A stretch of DNA of 64,000 bases from the human T2T-CHM13v2.0 reference genome, Homo sapiens. The stretch lies in NCBI RefSeq assembly GCF_009914755.1, contig NC_060933.1. One strand, written 5' to 3'. The stretch's first letter is position 1. Each line of letters opens with the position of its first letter. Shown here piece after piece: positions 28,601-42,100 of this stretch. The position numbers and the translations under genes were made by a program. The notes below the pieces were generated by a model, which saw only the letters and a list, made by a program, of their open reading frames with translations, was not told the origin of the DNA and did not search any database.

Positions 28601-31600
28601 CCATTGCACTCGGGTTGATTCCATTCCATTCCATTCCATTCCATTCCATTGCGGATGATTCTATTCCATTGCATTCCGTTCCATTACATTCCCCTGCACT
28701 CGCGTTGATTCCATTCCATTGCATTCCATTCCATTCCATTCAATTCCATTCCATTGCAATTCGTTCCACTGCATTCTATTCCGTACCATTCCATTCCATT
28801 CCATACCATTCCATTCCATTCCATTCCATTCCGTTCCGTTCTGTTCCTTTCCATTCCATTCCATTCTATTCGGATTAATTCCATTCCATTCCATTCCATT
28901 CCATTCTATTCCATTCCATTGCAATCGAGTTGAATCCATTGCATTTCATTCCATTCCATTCCATTCCATTCCATTCCATTCCGGAAGATTCCATTCCATT
29001 GCATTCCATTCCATTCCATTCCCCTGTACTCGCGTTGATTCCATTCCATTCCATTCCATTCCATTCCATTCCGTTCCGTTCAATTCCATTCCATTCCATT
29101 CCATTCCATTCCATTCCATTCCATTCCATTCCGTTCCGTTCCATTCCATTCCATTCCATTCTATTCGGGTTAATTCCATTCCATTCCATTCGATTGCAAT
29201 CGAGTTGATTCCATTCCATTCCATTCCATTCCAGTCCTTTCCATTCCATTCCACTCGGGTTGATTCCATTCTATTAGTTTCCATTCCGTTCCATTCCCTT
29301 CCATTCCACTCTGGTTGATTCCATTCCTTTCCATTACACTCGAATACTTTCCCTCCTATTCCACTCGGAACCATTCCATTCCATTCCATTCCATTCCATT
29401 CCATTCCATTCCATTCCATTTCGTTCCATTCCATTCTATTCCGTATCATTCCATTCCTTTCCATTCCATTCCATTCCATTCCATTCCATTGTACTCCGGT
29501 TGATTCCATTCCATTGCATTCCATTCCATTCCATTCCATTCCATTCCGTTGCATTCCATTCCATTACATTCGGATTGATTCTATTCAACTCCCTTACTCT
29601 CCATTACATTCCATTCCATTCGGGTTGTTCCCTTCCATTGCATTCCATTACACTCCATTCCATTGCACTCGGGTTGATTCCATTCCATTCCATTCCATTC
29701 CATTCCATTCCGGATGATTCCATTCCATTGCATTCCGTTCCATTACATTCCCCTGCACTCGCGTTGATTCCATTCCTTTCCATTCCATTCCATTCAATTT
29801 CATTCCATTACAATTCGTTCCATTCCATTCTATGCCGTACCATTCCATTCCATTCCATTCCAATCGAGTTGATTCCATTCCATTCCATTCCATTCCATTC
29901 CACTCCATTCCAGTCCTTTCCATTCCATTCCACTCGGGTTGATTCCAATGTATTCCTTTCCATTCCATTCCATTCCATTGCATTCCGTTCCATTACATTC
30001 CCCTTCACTCACGTTGATTCCATTCCATTCCATTCCATTCCATTCAATTCCATTCCATTACAATTCGTTCCATTCCATTCTATTCCGTACCATTCCTTTC
30101 CATTCCATTCCAATCGAGTTGATTCCATTCCATTCCATTCCATTCCATTCCACTCCATTCCAGTCCTTTCCATTCCATTCCACTCAGGGTGATTCCAATG
30201 TATTCCTTTCCATTCCATTCCATTCCATTGCAATCGAGTTGATTCCATTGCTTTGCATTCCATTCCATTCCATTCCATTCCGGATGATTCCATTCCATTG
30301 CATTCCATTCCATTCCATTCCCCTGCACTCGGGTTGATTCCATTCCATTCCACTCCATTCCGTACCATTCCATTCCATTCCATTCCATTGTATTCGGGTT
30401 AATTCCATTCCATTCCATTCCATTCCATTCCATTGCAATCGTGTTGATTCCATTCCATTTCATTCCATTCCATTCCATTCCATTCCATTCCAATCGAGTT
30501 GATTCCATTCCATTTCATTCCATTTCATTCCATTCCATTCCATTCCAGTCCTTTCCATTCCATTCCACTGGGGTTGATTCCATTCTATTAGTTTCCATTC
30601 CATTCCATTCTCTTCCATTCCACTCTGGGTGATTCCATTCCTTTCCATTCCACTCGAATACATTCCCTCCTATTCTACTCGGAAAGATTCCATTCCATTC
30701 CATTCCATTCCATTCCATTCCATTCCATTCCATTCCATTACATTCCACTCGTGTTGATTCCATTCCTTTCCATTCCATTCGGTTTGAAGGCATTCCATTC
30801 CATTCCATTCCATTCCATTCCATTCCATTCCATTCCATTGTACTCGGGTTGATTCTATTCCATTGCATTCCATTCCATTCCAATCCGTTGCATTCCATTC
30901 CATTACATTCGGATTGATTCTATTCAACTCCCTTACTCTCCATTACATTCCATTCCATTCGTGTTGTTCCATTCCATTCCATTCCATTCCACTCCATTCC
31001 ATTGCACTCGGGTTGATTCCATTCTATTCCATTCCATTCCATTCCATTCCGGATGATTCCGTTCCATTGCATTCCGTTCCATTACATTCCCCTCCACTCG
31101 CGTTGATTCCATTTCATTCCATTCCATTCCATTCCATTCAATTCCATTCCATTACAATTCGTTCCATTCCATTCTATTCCGTACCATTCCATTCCATTCC
31201 ATACCATTCCATTCCATTCCATTCCATTCCATTCCGTTCCGTTCCATTCCGTTCCATTCCATTCCATTCCATTCCATTCCATTGCAATCGAGTTGAATCC
31301 ATTGTATTTCATTCCATTCCATTCCATTCCACTCCATTCAGGAAGATTCCATTCCATTGCATTCCATTCCATTCCATTCCCCTGCACTCGCGTTGATTCC
31401 ATTCCATTCCATTGCATTCCGTTCCGTTCCGTTCCATTTCATTCCATTCCATTCCATTCCATTCCGTTCCGTTCCATTCCATTCCATTCCATTCTATTCG
31501 GGTTAATTCCATTCCATTCCATTCGATTGCAATCGAGTTGATTCCATTCCATTCCATTCCATTCCGTTCCGGATGATTCCATTCTATTGCATTCCATTCC

Positions 31601-33780
31601 ATTCCATTCCCCTGCAGTCGGGTTGATTCCATTCCATTCCATTGCATTCCATTCCGTTCCATTCCATTCCATTCCATTCTATTCGGGTAAATTCCATTCC
31701 ATTCCTTTCCATTCCATTCCATTCCATTCCAATCGAGTTGATTCCATTCCATTCCATTCCATTCCATTCCACTCCATTCCAGTCCTTTCCATTCCATTAC
31801 ACTCGGGTTGATTCCGTTCTATTCCTTTCCATTCCATTCCATTCCATTGCAATCGAGTTGATTCCATTGCTTTGCATTCCATTCCATTCCATTCCATTAC
31901 GGATGATTCCATTCCATTGCATTCCATTCCATTCCATTCCCCTGCACTCGGGTTGATTCCATTCCATTCCACTCCATTCCGTTCCATTCTAGTCCATTCC
32001 ATTGTATTCGGGTTAATTCCATTCCATTCCATTCCATTCCATTCCATTCCATTACAATGTAGTTGATTCCATTCAATTCCATTCCATTCCATTCCATTCC
32101 ATTCCTTTCCATTCCATTCCACTCGGGTTGATTCCATTCTATTAGTTTCCATTCCATTCCATTCCCTTCCATTCCAATCTGGTTGATTCCATTCCTTTCC
32201 ATTCCACTCGAATACATTCCCTCCTATTCCACTCAGAACGATTCCATTCCATTCCATTCTATTCCATTCCATTCCATTCCATTCCATTCCAGTTCGTTCC
32301 ATTCCATTCTATTCCGTACCATTCTATTCCATTCCATTCCTTTCCATTCCATTCCATTCCACTCGTGGTGATTCCATTCCTTTCCATTCCATTCGGTTTG
32401 AAGGCATTCCATTCCATTCAATTCCATTCCATTTCATTCCATTCCATTCCATTCCATTCCATTCCATTCCATTGTACTCGAGTTGATTCCATTCCATTGC
32501 ATTCGATTCCATTCCATTCCATTCCATTCCGTTGCATTCCATTCCATTACATTCGGATTGATTCTATTCAACTCCCTTACTCTCCATTACATTCCATTCC
32601 ATTCAGGTTGTTCCATTCCATTCCATTCCATTCCACTCCATTCCATTGCACTCGGGTTGATTCCATTCCATTCCATTCCATTCCATTCCATTCCGGATGA
32701 TTCCATTCCATTGCATTCCGTTCCATTACATTCCCCTGCACTCGCGTTGATTCCATTCCATTCCATTCCATTCCATTCCATTCCATTCAATTCCATTCCA
32801 TTGCAATTCGTTCCATTCCATTCTATTCCGTACCATTCCATTCCATTCCATACCATTCCATTCCATTCCATTCCATTCCGTTCCGTTCTGTTCCTTTCCA
32901 TTCCATTCCATTCTATTCGGATTAATTCCATTCCATTCCATTCCATTCCATTCCATTCTATTCCATTCCATTGCAATCGAGTTGTATCCATGGCATTTCA
33001 TTCCATTCCATTCCATTCCATTCCATTCCATTCCATTCCATTCCATTCCGGAAGATTCCATTCCATTCCATTCCATTCCACTCGTGTTGATTCCATTCCT
33101 TTCCATTCCATTCGGTTTGAAGGCATTCCATTCCATTCCATTCCATTCCATTCCATTCCATTCCATTCCATTGTACTCGGGTTGATTCCATTCCATTGCA
33201 TTCCATCCCATTCCATTCCATTCCAATCCGTTGCATTCCATTCCATTACATTCGGATTGATTCTATTCAACTCCCTTACTCTCCATTACATTCCATTCCA
33301 TTCGGGTTGTTCCATACCATTCCATTCCACTCCATTCCATTGCACTCGGGTTGATTCCATTCCTTTCCATTCCATTCCATTCCATTCCGGATGTTTCCAT
33401 TCCATTGCATTCCGTTCCATTACATTCCCCTGCACTCGCGTTGATTCCATTCCATTCCATTCCATTCCATTCCATTCCATTCCATTGCATTACAATTCGT
33501 TCCATTCCATTCTATTCCGTACCATTCCATTCCATTCCATACCATTCCATTCCATTCCATTCCATTCTATTCCATTTCGTTCCATTCCGTTCCATTCCAT
33601 TCCATTCCATTCTATTCGGGTTAATTCCATTCCATTCCATTCCATTCCATTGCATTCCATTCCATTCCAATCTATTCCATTCCATTGCAATCGAGTTGAA
33701 TCCATTGCATTTCATTCCATTCCATTCCATTCAATTCCATTGCAATCGAGTTGAATCTATTGCATTTCATTCCATTCCAT
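16650..33780 (+). repeat. Domain B HSat3 sub-array with irregular 1.2-2.7 kb modules
   Basis: Landmark TCGAATACATTCCCTCCTATT at 18463, 20191, 22872, 24219, 26497, 28126, 29340 (variant), 30654, 32208. Also CGGTTTGAAGGCA and CCAATGTATTCC motifs that are not part of the A unit. Confidence 0.75.
26290..33000 (+). repeat. ~4.1 kb-period segmental duplication inside domain B (about 26.3-28.9 kb vs 30.45-33.0 kb)
   Basis: Private variants recur in order: CTCTGGGTG 26466/30623, TCTAGTCC 27911/31988, TACAATGTAGTTG 27971/32053, TCCAATCTGG 28091/32173 (offsets about 4.08-4.16 kb). Confidence 0.8.
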
Positions 33781-33789
33781 TCCATTCCA

Positions 33790-36700
33790 TTCCATTCCGG
33801 AAGATTCCATTCCATTGCATTCCATTACATTCCATTCCCCTGCACTCGCGTTGATTCCATTCCATTCCATTCCATTCCATTGCATTCCATTGCATTCCAT
33901 TCCCCTGCACTCAGGTTGATTCCATTCCATTCCATTCCATTCCATTCCATTCCATTCCATTCTATTCGCGTTAATTCCATTCCACTCCATTCCATTACAT
34001 TCCATTGCAATCGACTTGATTCCATTCCATTCCATTCCATTCCATTCAAGTCCTTTCCATTCCATTCCACTCGTGTTGATTCCATTTTATTAGTTTCCAT
34101 TCCATTCCATTCCCTTCCATTCCACTCTGGTTGATTCCATTCCTTTCCATTCCACTCGAATTCATTCCCTTCTATTCCACTCGGAATGATTCCATTCTAT
34201 TCCGTTCCATTCCATTCCATTTCGTTCCATTCCATTTTATTCCGTACCATTCCATTCCATTCCATTCCATTCCATTGCATTCCATTCCATTCCATTCCAT
34301 GCCATTCCACTCGGGTTGATTCCATTGCTTTCCATTCCATTTGGGTTGAATCCATTCCATTCCATTCCATTCCATTCCATTCCATTCCATTCCATTCAAT
34401 TGCACTAGGTTTGATTCCATTCCACTGCATTCCATTCCATTCCATTCCATTCCATTCCATTCCATTCCATTCCCCTGCACTCGGGTTCATTCCATTCCAT
34501 TCCATTTACTTCCATTCCATTCCATTCCATTCCATTCCATTCCATGCCATTCCACTCGCGTTGATTCCATTCCCTTCCATTCCATTAGAGTTGAATCCAT
34601 TCCATTCCATTCCATTCCATTATATTCCATTGCACACGGGTTCATTCCATTCCATTCTATTCCATTCCCTTACATTCCATTTCGTTACATTCCATTCTAT
34701 TCCGTACCATTCCATTCCATTCCATTCCATTCCATTCCACTCCATTCCATGCCATTCCACTCGGGTATATTCCATTCCTTTTAATTCCATTCGGGTTGAA
34801 TCCATTCCATTCCATTCCATTCGGTTCCATTACATTGCACTCGGGTTGATTCCATTCCATTCCATTCCATTACATTTCATTCCATTCCATTCCATTCCAT
34901 TTCATTCAATTCCATTCCATTCCATGCCATTCCACTCGTGTTGATTCCATTCCTTTCCATTCCATTCGAGTTGAACCCATTCCATTCCATTCCATTCCAT
35001 TCCATTCCATTCCATTCCGTTCCATTCCATTGCACGCGGGTTCATTCCATTCCATTCCGTTCCATTACATTCCATTCCATTCCATTCCATTCCATTACAT
35101 TCCATTTCGTTCCATTCCATTCTATTCCGTACGATTCCATTGCATTCCATTCCATTCCATTCCTTTCCATTCCATTGAATTCGAGTTGATTCCATTCCAT
35201 TCCGTTCCATTCCATTCCATTCCATTCCGGATGATTCCATTCCACTGCATTCCATTCCATTAAATTCCCCTGCACTTGGAGTGATTCCTTTCCATTCTAT
35301 TCCATTCCATTCCATTCCATTCCATTCCATTCCATTCCATTCCATTTCATTGCAATCGAGTTGATTCCATTGCATTCCATTCCATTCCATTCCAGTCCTT
35401 TCCATTCCATTCCACTCGGGTTGATTCCATTCTATTCCTTTCCATTCCATTCAATTCCATTCCATTCCACTCTGGTTGATACCATTCCTCTTCATTCCAC
35501 TCGAAAACATTCCCTTCTATTCCACTCGGAATGATTCCATTCCATTCCATTCCATTCCATTCCATTCCATTCCATTCCGTTTCGTTCCATTACATTCTAT
35601 TCCGTACCATTCAACTCCATTCCATTCCATTCCATTCCATGCCATTCCTCTCGGGTTGATTCCATTCCTTTCCATTCCATTCGGGTTGAATCCATTCCAT
35701 TCCATTCCTTTCCATTCCATTCCATTCCATTGCACTCGGGTTGATTCCATTCCATTCCATTCCATTCCATTCCATTCCATTTCCTTCCATTCCATTCCAT
35801 TCCATTCCGTTCCATGCCATTCCACTCGGGTTGATTCCATTCCTTTCCATTCCATTCGAGTTGAATCCATTCCATTCCATTATATTCCATTCCATTCTAT
35901 TCCATTCCATTCCTTTCCATTCCATTCAATTCCATTCTATTCCGGTTAATTCCATTCCATTCCATTCCATTCCATTCCATTCCATTTCATTGCAATCGAG
36001 TTGATTCCATTGCATTCCATTCCATTCCATTCCAGTCCTTTCCATTCCATTCCACTCGGGTTGATTCCATTCTATTCCTTTCCATTACATTCGATTGCAT
36101 TCCATTCCACTCGATTCCATTCCATTCCACTCTGGTTGATTCCATTCCTTTTCATTCCACTCGAAAACATTCCCTTCTATTCCACTCGGAATGATTCCAT
36201 TCCATTCCATTCCATTCCATTCCATTCCATTCCGTTTCGTTCCATTACATTCTATTCCGTACCATTCCACTCCATTCCATTCCATTCCATTCCATGCCAT
36301 TCCTCTCGGGTTGATTCCATTCCTTTCCATTCCATTCGGGTTGAGTCCATTCCATTCCATTCCTTTCCATTCCATTCCATTCCATTGCACTCGGGTTGAT
36401 TCCATTCCATTCCATTCCGTTCCATTCCGGATGACTCCATTCCATTGCATTCCATTCCATTCCATTACCCTGCACTCGGTTTCATTACATTCCATTCCAT
36501 TCACTTCCATTCCATTCCATTCCATTCCATTCCATTCCATTCCATTCCATTCCATTCCATTCCATTTCAATCGAGTTGATTCCATTCCATTCCATTCCAT
36601 TCCATTCAATTCCGAATGATGTCATTCCATTGCCTTCCATTCCATTCCATTCCCCTGCACTCGGGTTGATTCCATTCCATTCCATTCCATCCCATTCCAT

Positions 36701-37690
36701 TCCATTCCATTCCATTCCATTTCGTTCCATTCCATTCTATTCCGTACCATTCCATTCCATTCCATTCCATTCCCTTCCATTCCATTCCATTTCCTTCCAT
36801 TCCATTCCATTCCATTCCATTCCATTCCATTCCATTCCATTCTATTAGGGTTAATTCCATTCCATTCCATTCCATTCCATGCCATTCCACTCGGGTTGAT
36901 TCCATTCCTTTCCATTCCATTCGAGTTGAATCCATTCCATTCCATTCCATTCCATTCCATTCCATTGCACACGGGTTCATTTCATTCCATTCCATTCCAT
37001 TCCATTTCGTTCCATTCCATTCTATTCCATACCATTCCATTCCATTCCATTCCATTAGACTCCATTCCATGCCATTCCACTCGGTTTTATTCCATTCGTT
37101 TCCATTCCATTCGGGTTGAATCCATTGCATTCCATTCCATTCGATTCCATTACATTGCACTCGTGTTGTTTCCATTCCATTCCATTCCATTCCATTCCAT
37201 TCCATTCCATTCCATTCCATGCCAATCCACTCGGGTTGATTCCATTCCTTTCCATTCCATTCGAGTTGAATCCATTCCAATCCATTCCATTCCATTCGAT
37301 TCCATTCCATTGCACACGGGTTCATTCCATTCTATTCCATTCCATTCCATTCCATTCCATTCCATTTCGTTCCATTCCATTCTATTCCGTACCATTCCAT
37401 TCCATTCCATTCCATTCCATTCCACTCCACTTCATGCCATTCCACTCGGGTTTATTCCATTCCTTTCCATTCCATTCGGGTTGAATCCATTCCATTCCAT
37501 TCCATTCCATTCGATTCCATTACTTTGCACTCGGGTTGATTCCATTCCATTCCATTCCATTCCATTCCACTCCATTCCATGCCATTCCACGCGGGTTTAT
37601 TCCATTCCTTTCCATTCCATTCGTGTTGAATCCATTCCATTCCATTCCATTCCATTCGATTCCATTACACTGCACTCGTGTTGATTCCAT
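33790..37690 (+). repeat. Return of domain A: a further partial A-unit copy about 21.3-21.65 kb downstream of 12.1-15.9 kb
   Basis: TCAAGTCCTT 12411/34046, TTGGAGTG 13661/35276, TCGAAAAC 14881/36161, TAGACT 15741/37056. The final ~480 bp matches 10.6-11.1 kb (ACTCCACTTC 10831/37424). Confidence 0.8.
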
Positions 37691-39058
37691 TCCATTCCGT
37701 TCCATTCCATTCCATTCCATTCCATTTCATTCCATTCCATTCTATTCTGTACCATTCCATTCCATTCCATTCCATTCCATTCCATGCCATTCCACTCGGG
37801 TTGATTCCATTGCTTTCCATTCCATTTGAGTTGAATCCAATCCATTCCATTCCATTCCATTCCATTCCATTCCATTCCATTCCATTGCACTAGGTTTGAT
37901 TCCATTCCACTGCATTCCATTCCATTCCCTTCCGTTCCATTCCATTCCATTACATTCGGATTGATTGTATTCAATTCCCTTACACTCCATTACATTCCAT
38001 TCCATTCGGGTTGTTTCCATTCCATTACATTCCATTCCACTCCATTCCATTGCACTCAGGTTGATTCCATTCCATTCCATTCCATTCCATTCCATTTCGT
38101 TCCTTTGCACTCGGGTTGATTCCATTCCATTCCCTGCCATTCCATTTCATTCCATTCCATTCCATTCCATTCCATTCCATTCCATTCCATTCCATTCCTC
38201 TGCATTCTATTGCACTCGGGTTGATTGATTCCATTCCATTGCATTCCATTCCATTCCATTCGATTCCATTCCATTCTGTTCAGGTTAATTCCATTCCATT
38301 CCATTCCCTTCCATTCCATTCCATTCCATTCCATCCCATTGCAATCGAGGTGATTCCATTGCATTCCATTCCATTCCATTCCATTGCATTCCATTCCATT
38401 GCATTCCCCTGCACTCAGATTGATTCCATTCCATTCCTTTCCATTCCATTCCGTTCCATTCCTTTCCATTCCATTCTATTTGCGTTAATTCCGTTCCATT
38501 CCATTCCATTACATTCCTTTGCAATCGAGTTGATTCCATTCCATTCCGTTCCATTCCATTCCATTCCATTCCATTCCATTCCATTCCATGCCATTCCACT
38601 CGGGTTGATTCCATTCCTTTCCATTCCATTCGAGTTGAATCCATTCCATTCCATTCTATTCCATTCGATTCCATTCCATTGCTCACGTGTTCATTCCATT
38701 CCATTCCATTCCATTCCATTCCATTCCATTCCATTTCGTTCCATTCCATTCTCTTCCGTAGTATTCCATTCCATTCCATTCCACTCCATTCCATGCCATT
38801 TCACTCGGGTTTATTCCATTCCTTTCCATTCCATTCGGGTTGAATTCATTCCATTCCATTCCATTCCATTCCATTCAATTCCATTACATTGCACTCGGGT
38901 TGATTCCATTCCATTCCATTCCATTTCAATCCATTCCCTTCCATTCCATTTCTTTCCATTCCATTCCATTCCATTCCATTCCATTCCATTCCATGCCATT
39001 CCACTCGGGTTGATTCCATTCCTTTCCATTCCATTCTAGTTGAACCCATTCCATTCCA

Positions 39059-39100
39059 TTCCATTCCATTCCATTGCACACGGAATGGAATGGAATGGAA
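39059..39100. other. Inversion breakpoint within the satellite array (CATTC to GGAAT switch)
   Basis: The sequence reads ...ccattccattccattGCACACGGaatggaatggaatggaa... The left motif TGCACACGG(GTTCATT) is truncated after ACGG (39080-39083). An intact paralogue of the left flank lies in reverse complement at ~46775-47130. Confidence 0.97.
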
Positions 39101-42100
39101 ACAACCCGAATGGAATGGAATGTAATGGAGTGTAAGGGAATTGAATACAATCAATCCGAATGTAATGGAATGGAATGGAACGGAATGGAATGGAATGGAA
39201 TGCAGTGGAATGGAATCAAACCTAGTGCAATGGAATGGAATGGAATGGAATGGAATGGAAGGGATTGGATTCAACCCAAATGAAATGGAAAGCAATGGAA
39301 TCAACCCGAGTGGAATGGCACGGAATGGAATGGAATGGAATGGAATGGAATGGAATGGTACAGAATAGAATGGAATGGAACGAAATGGAATGGAATGGAA
39401 TGGAATGGAACGGAATGGAATGGAATCAACTCGATTGCAATGGAATGTAATGTAATGGAATGGAATGGAATTAACGCGAATAGAATGGAATGGAATGTAA
39501 TGGAACGGAATGGAATGGAATGGGATGGAATGGAATCAATCTGAGTGCAGGGGAATGGAATGGAATGGAATGCAATGGAATGGAATGCAATGGAATGGAA
39601 TGCAATGGAATCAACTAGATAGCAATGGGATGGAATGGAATGGAATGGAATGGAAGGCAATGGAATGGAATGGAATTAACCTGAACAGAATGGAATGGAA
39701 TGGAATGGAACGGAATGGAATGGAATGGAATGGAATGGAATGGAATGGATTCAAACCGAATGGAATGGAAAGGAATGGAATAAACCCGAGTGAAATGGCT
39801 TGGAAGGGAATGGAATGGAATGGAATGGTACGGAGTAGAATGGAATGGAACGAAATGGAATGGAATGGAATGGAATGGAATGGAATGGAATGGAATGGAA
39901 TGAACCCGTGAGCAATGGAATGGAATGGAATGGAATGGAATGGAATGGAAGGGAATGGAATGGGTTCAATTCGAATGGAATGGAAAGGAATGGAATCAAC
40001 CCGAGTGCAATGGCATGGAATGGAATGGAATGGAATGGAATGGAATGGATTCAACCCGAATGGAATGGAAAGGAATGGAATAAACCCGAGTGGAATGGCA
40101 TGGAATGGAGTGGAATGGAATGGAATGGAATGGAATGGAATGGAATGGAATGGAATTAACCCTAATAGAATGGAATGGAATGGAATGGAATGGAATGGAA
40201 TGGAATGGAATGGAATGGAATGGAATGGAATGGAATGGAATTAACACGAATAGAATGGAATGGAATGGAATGGAATGGAATGGAATGGAATCAACTCGAT
40301 TTCCTTGGAATGGAATGGAATGGAATGGAATGGAATGGAAGGGAATGGAATGAAATTAACCCGAATAGAATGCAATGGAATGGAATGGAATGGAATGGAA
40401 TGGAATGGAATGGAATAGAATGGAATCCAACCGAGTGCAGTGGAATGGAATGGAATGGAATGCAATGGAATGGAATCATACGGAATGGAATGGAATGGAA
40501 TGGAATGAAATGGAATGGAATGCAATGGAATGGAATGGAATCAACCCGATTGCAATGGAATGGAGTGGAATGGAATGGAATGGAATGGAAACAACCCGAA
40601 TGGAATGGAATGTAATGGAGAGTAAGGGAATTGAATAGAATCAATACGAATGTAATGGAATGGAATGGAACGGAATGGAATGCAATGGAATGGAATGGAA
40701 TGCAATGGAATGGGATCAACCCGAGTGAAATGGAATGGAATCGAAAGGAATGGAATGGAATGGAATGGTTTCAACCAGAATGGAATGGAAAGGAATGGAA
40801 TCAACCCGAGTGGAACGGAATGGAGTGGAATGGAATGGAATGGAATGGAATGGAATGGGTTCAACTCGAATGGAATGGAAAAGAATGGAATCAACCCGAG
40901 TGGAATGGCATGGAATGGAATGGAATGGAATGGAATGGAATGGAATGGAATGGATTCAACCCGAATGGAATGGAAGGGAATGGAATAAACCCGAGTGGAA
41001 TGGCATGGAATGGAGTGGAATGGAATTGAATGGAAGGGAATGGTACGGAATAGAATGGAATGGAACGGAATGGAATGGAATGGAATGGAATGGAATGAAC
41101 CCGTGTGCAATTGAATGGAATCGAATGGAATGGAATGCAATGGAATGGATTCAACTAGAATGGAATGGAAAGGAATGGAATCAACCCGAGTGGAATGGCA
41201 TGGCATGGAATGGAATGGAATGGAATGGAAAGGAATGGTACGGAATAGAATGGAATGGAACGAAATGGAATGGAATGGAATGGAATGGAATGGAATGGAA
41301 TAGAATGGAATGGAATAGAATGGAATCCACCCGATTGCAGGGGAATGGAATGGAATGGAATGGAATGGAATGGAATGGAATGGAATGGATTCAACCCGAA
41401 TGGAATGGAAAGGAATGGAATCAACCCGAGTGGATTGGCATGGAATGGAATGGAATGGAATGGAATGGTAGGGAATAGAATGGAATGGAACGAAATGGAA
41501 TGGAATGGAATGGAATGGAATGGAATGGAATGTAATGGAATGGAATCAACCTGAGTGCAATGGAATGGAGTGGAAGGGAATGTAATGGAACGGAAACAAC
41601 ACGAATGTAATGGAATGTAATGGAGTGTAAGGGAATTGAATACAATCAATCCGAATGTAATGGAATGGAATGGAATGGAATGGAATGGAATGCAATGGAA
41701 TGGAATGGAATGGAATGGAATGGAATGGAATAAAATGGAATGGCAGGGAATGGAATGGAATCAACCCGAGTGCAATGGAATGGAATGGAATGGAATGGAA
41801 TGGAATGGAATGGAATGGATTCAACCCGAATGGAATGGAAAGGAATGGAATAAACCCGAGTGGAATGGCATGGAATGGAATGGAATGGAATAGAATGGTA
41901 CGGAATAGAATGGAATGGAACGAAATGGAATGGAATGGAATGGAATGGAATGGAATGGAATGGAATGGAATCAACCTGAGTGCAATGGAATGGAATGGAA
42001 TGGAATGGAATGGAATGGAATGGAATGGAAACAACCCGAATGGAATGGAATGTAATGGAGTGTAATGAATTGAATACAATCAATCCGAATGGAATGGAAT

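Larger units (their letters stand above)
972..33807. promoter_or_regulatory. Dispersed perfect three-unit heat shock elements TTCnnGAAnnTTC (candidate HSF1 sites), left arm
   Basis: TTCcgGAAgaTTC starts at 972, 1835, 4694, 5547, 8772, 9152, 11297, 12140, 19161, 20899, 21787, 23560, 24523, 27250, 28979, 33046, 33795, and TTCagGAAgaTTC at 31337. These match the canonical inverted nGAAn triplet. Binding itself is inferred. Confidence 0.6.
1..39083 (+). repeat. Human Satellite III (HSat3) array, C-rich (CATTC)n strand on +
   Basis: Continuous ATTCC pentamers interrupted by ACTCGGGTTG-family decamers (ACTCGGGTTG, AATCGAGTTG, ATTCGGGTTA, ACTCGCGTTG, ACTCGTGTTG). (GGAAT)n interspersed with CAACCCGAGT is the established Sat III signature. 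Long pure pentamer runs argue for HSat3 rather than HSat2. Confidence 0.97.

Noticed and set aside
39000-39400. Inversion as a fold-back read or assembly artefact
   Set aside because: Such artefacts usually give near-identical mirror arms. Here the arms differ in sequence and domain content over many kb. Read support is still needed to exclude a misjoin fully.
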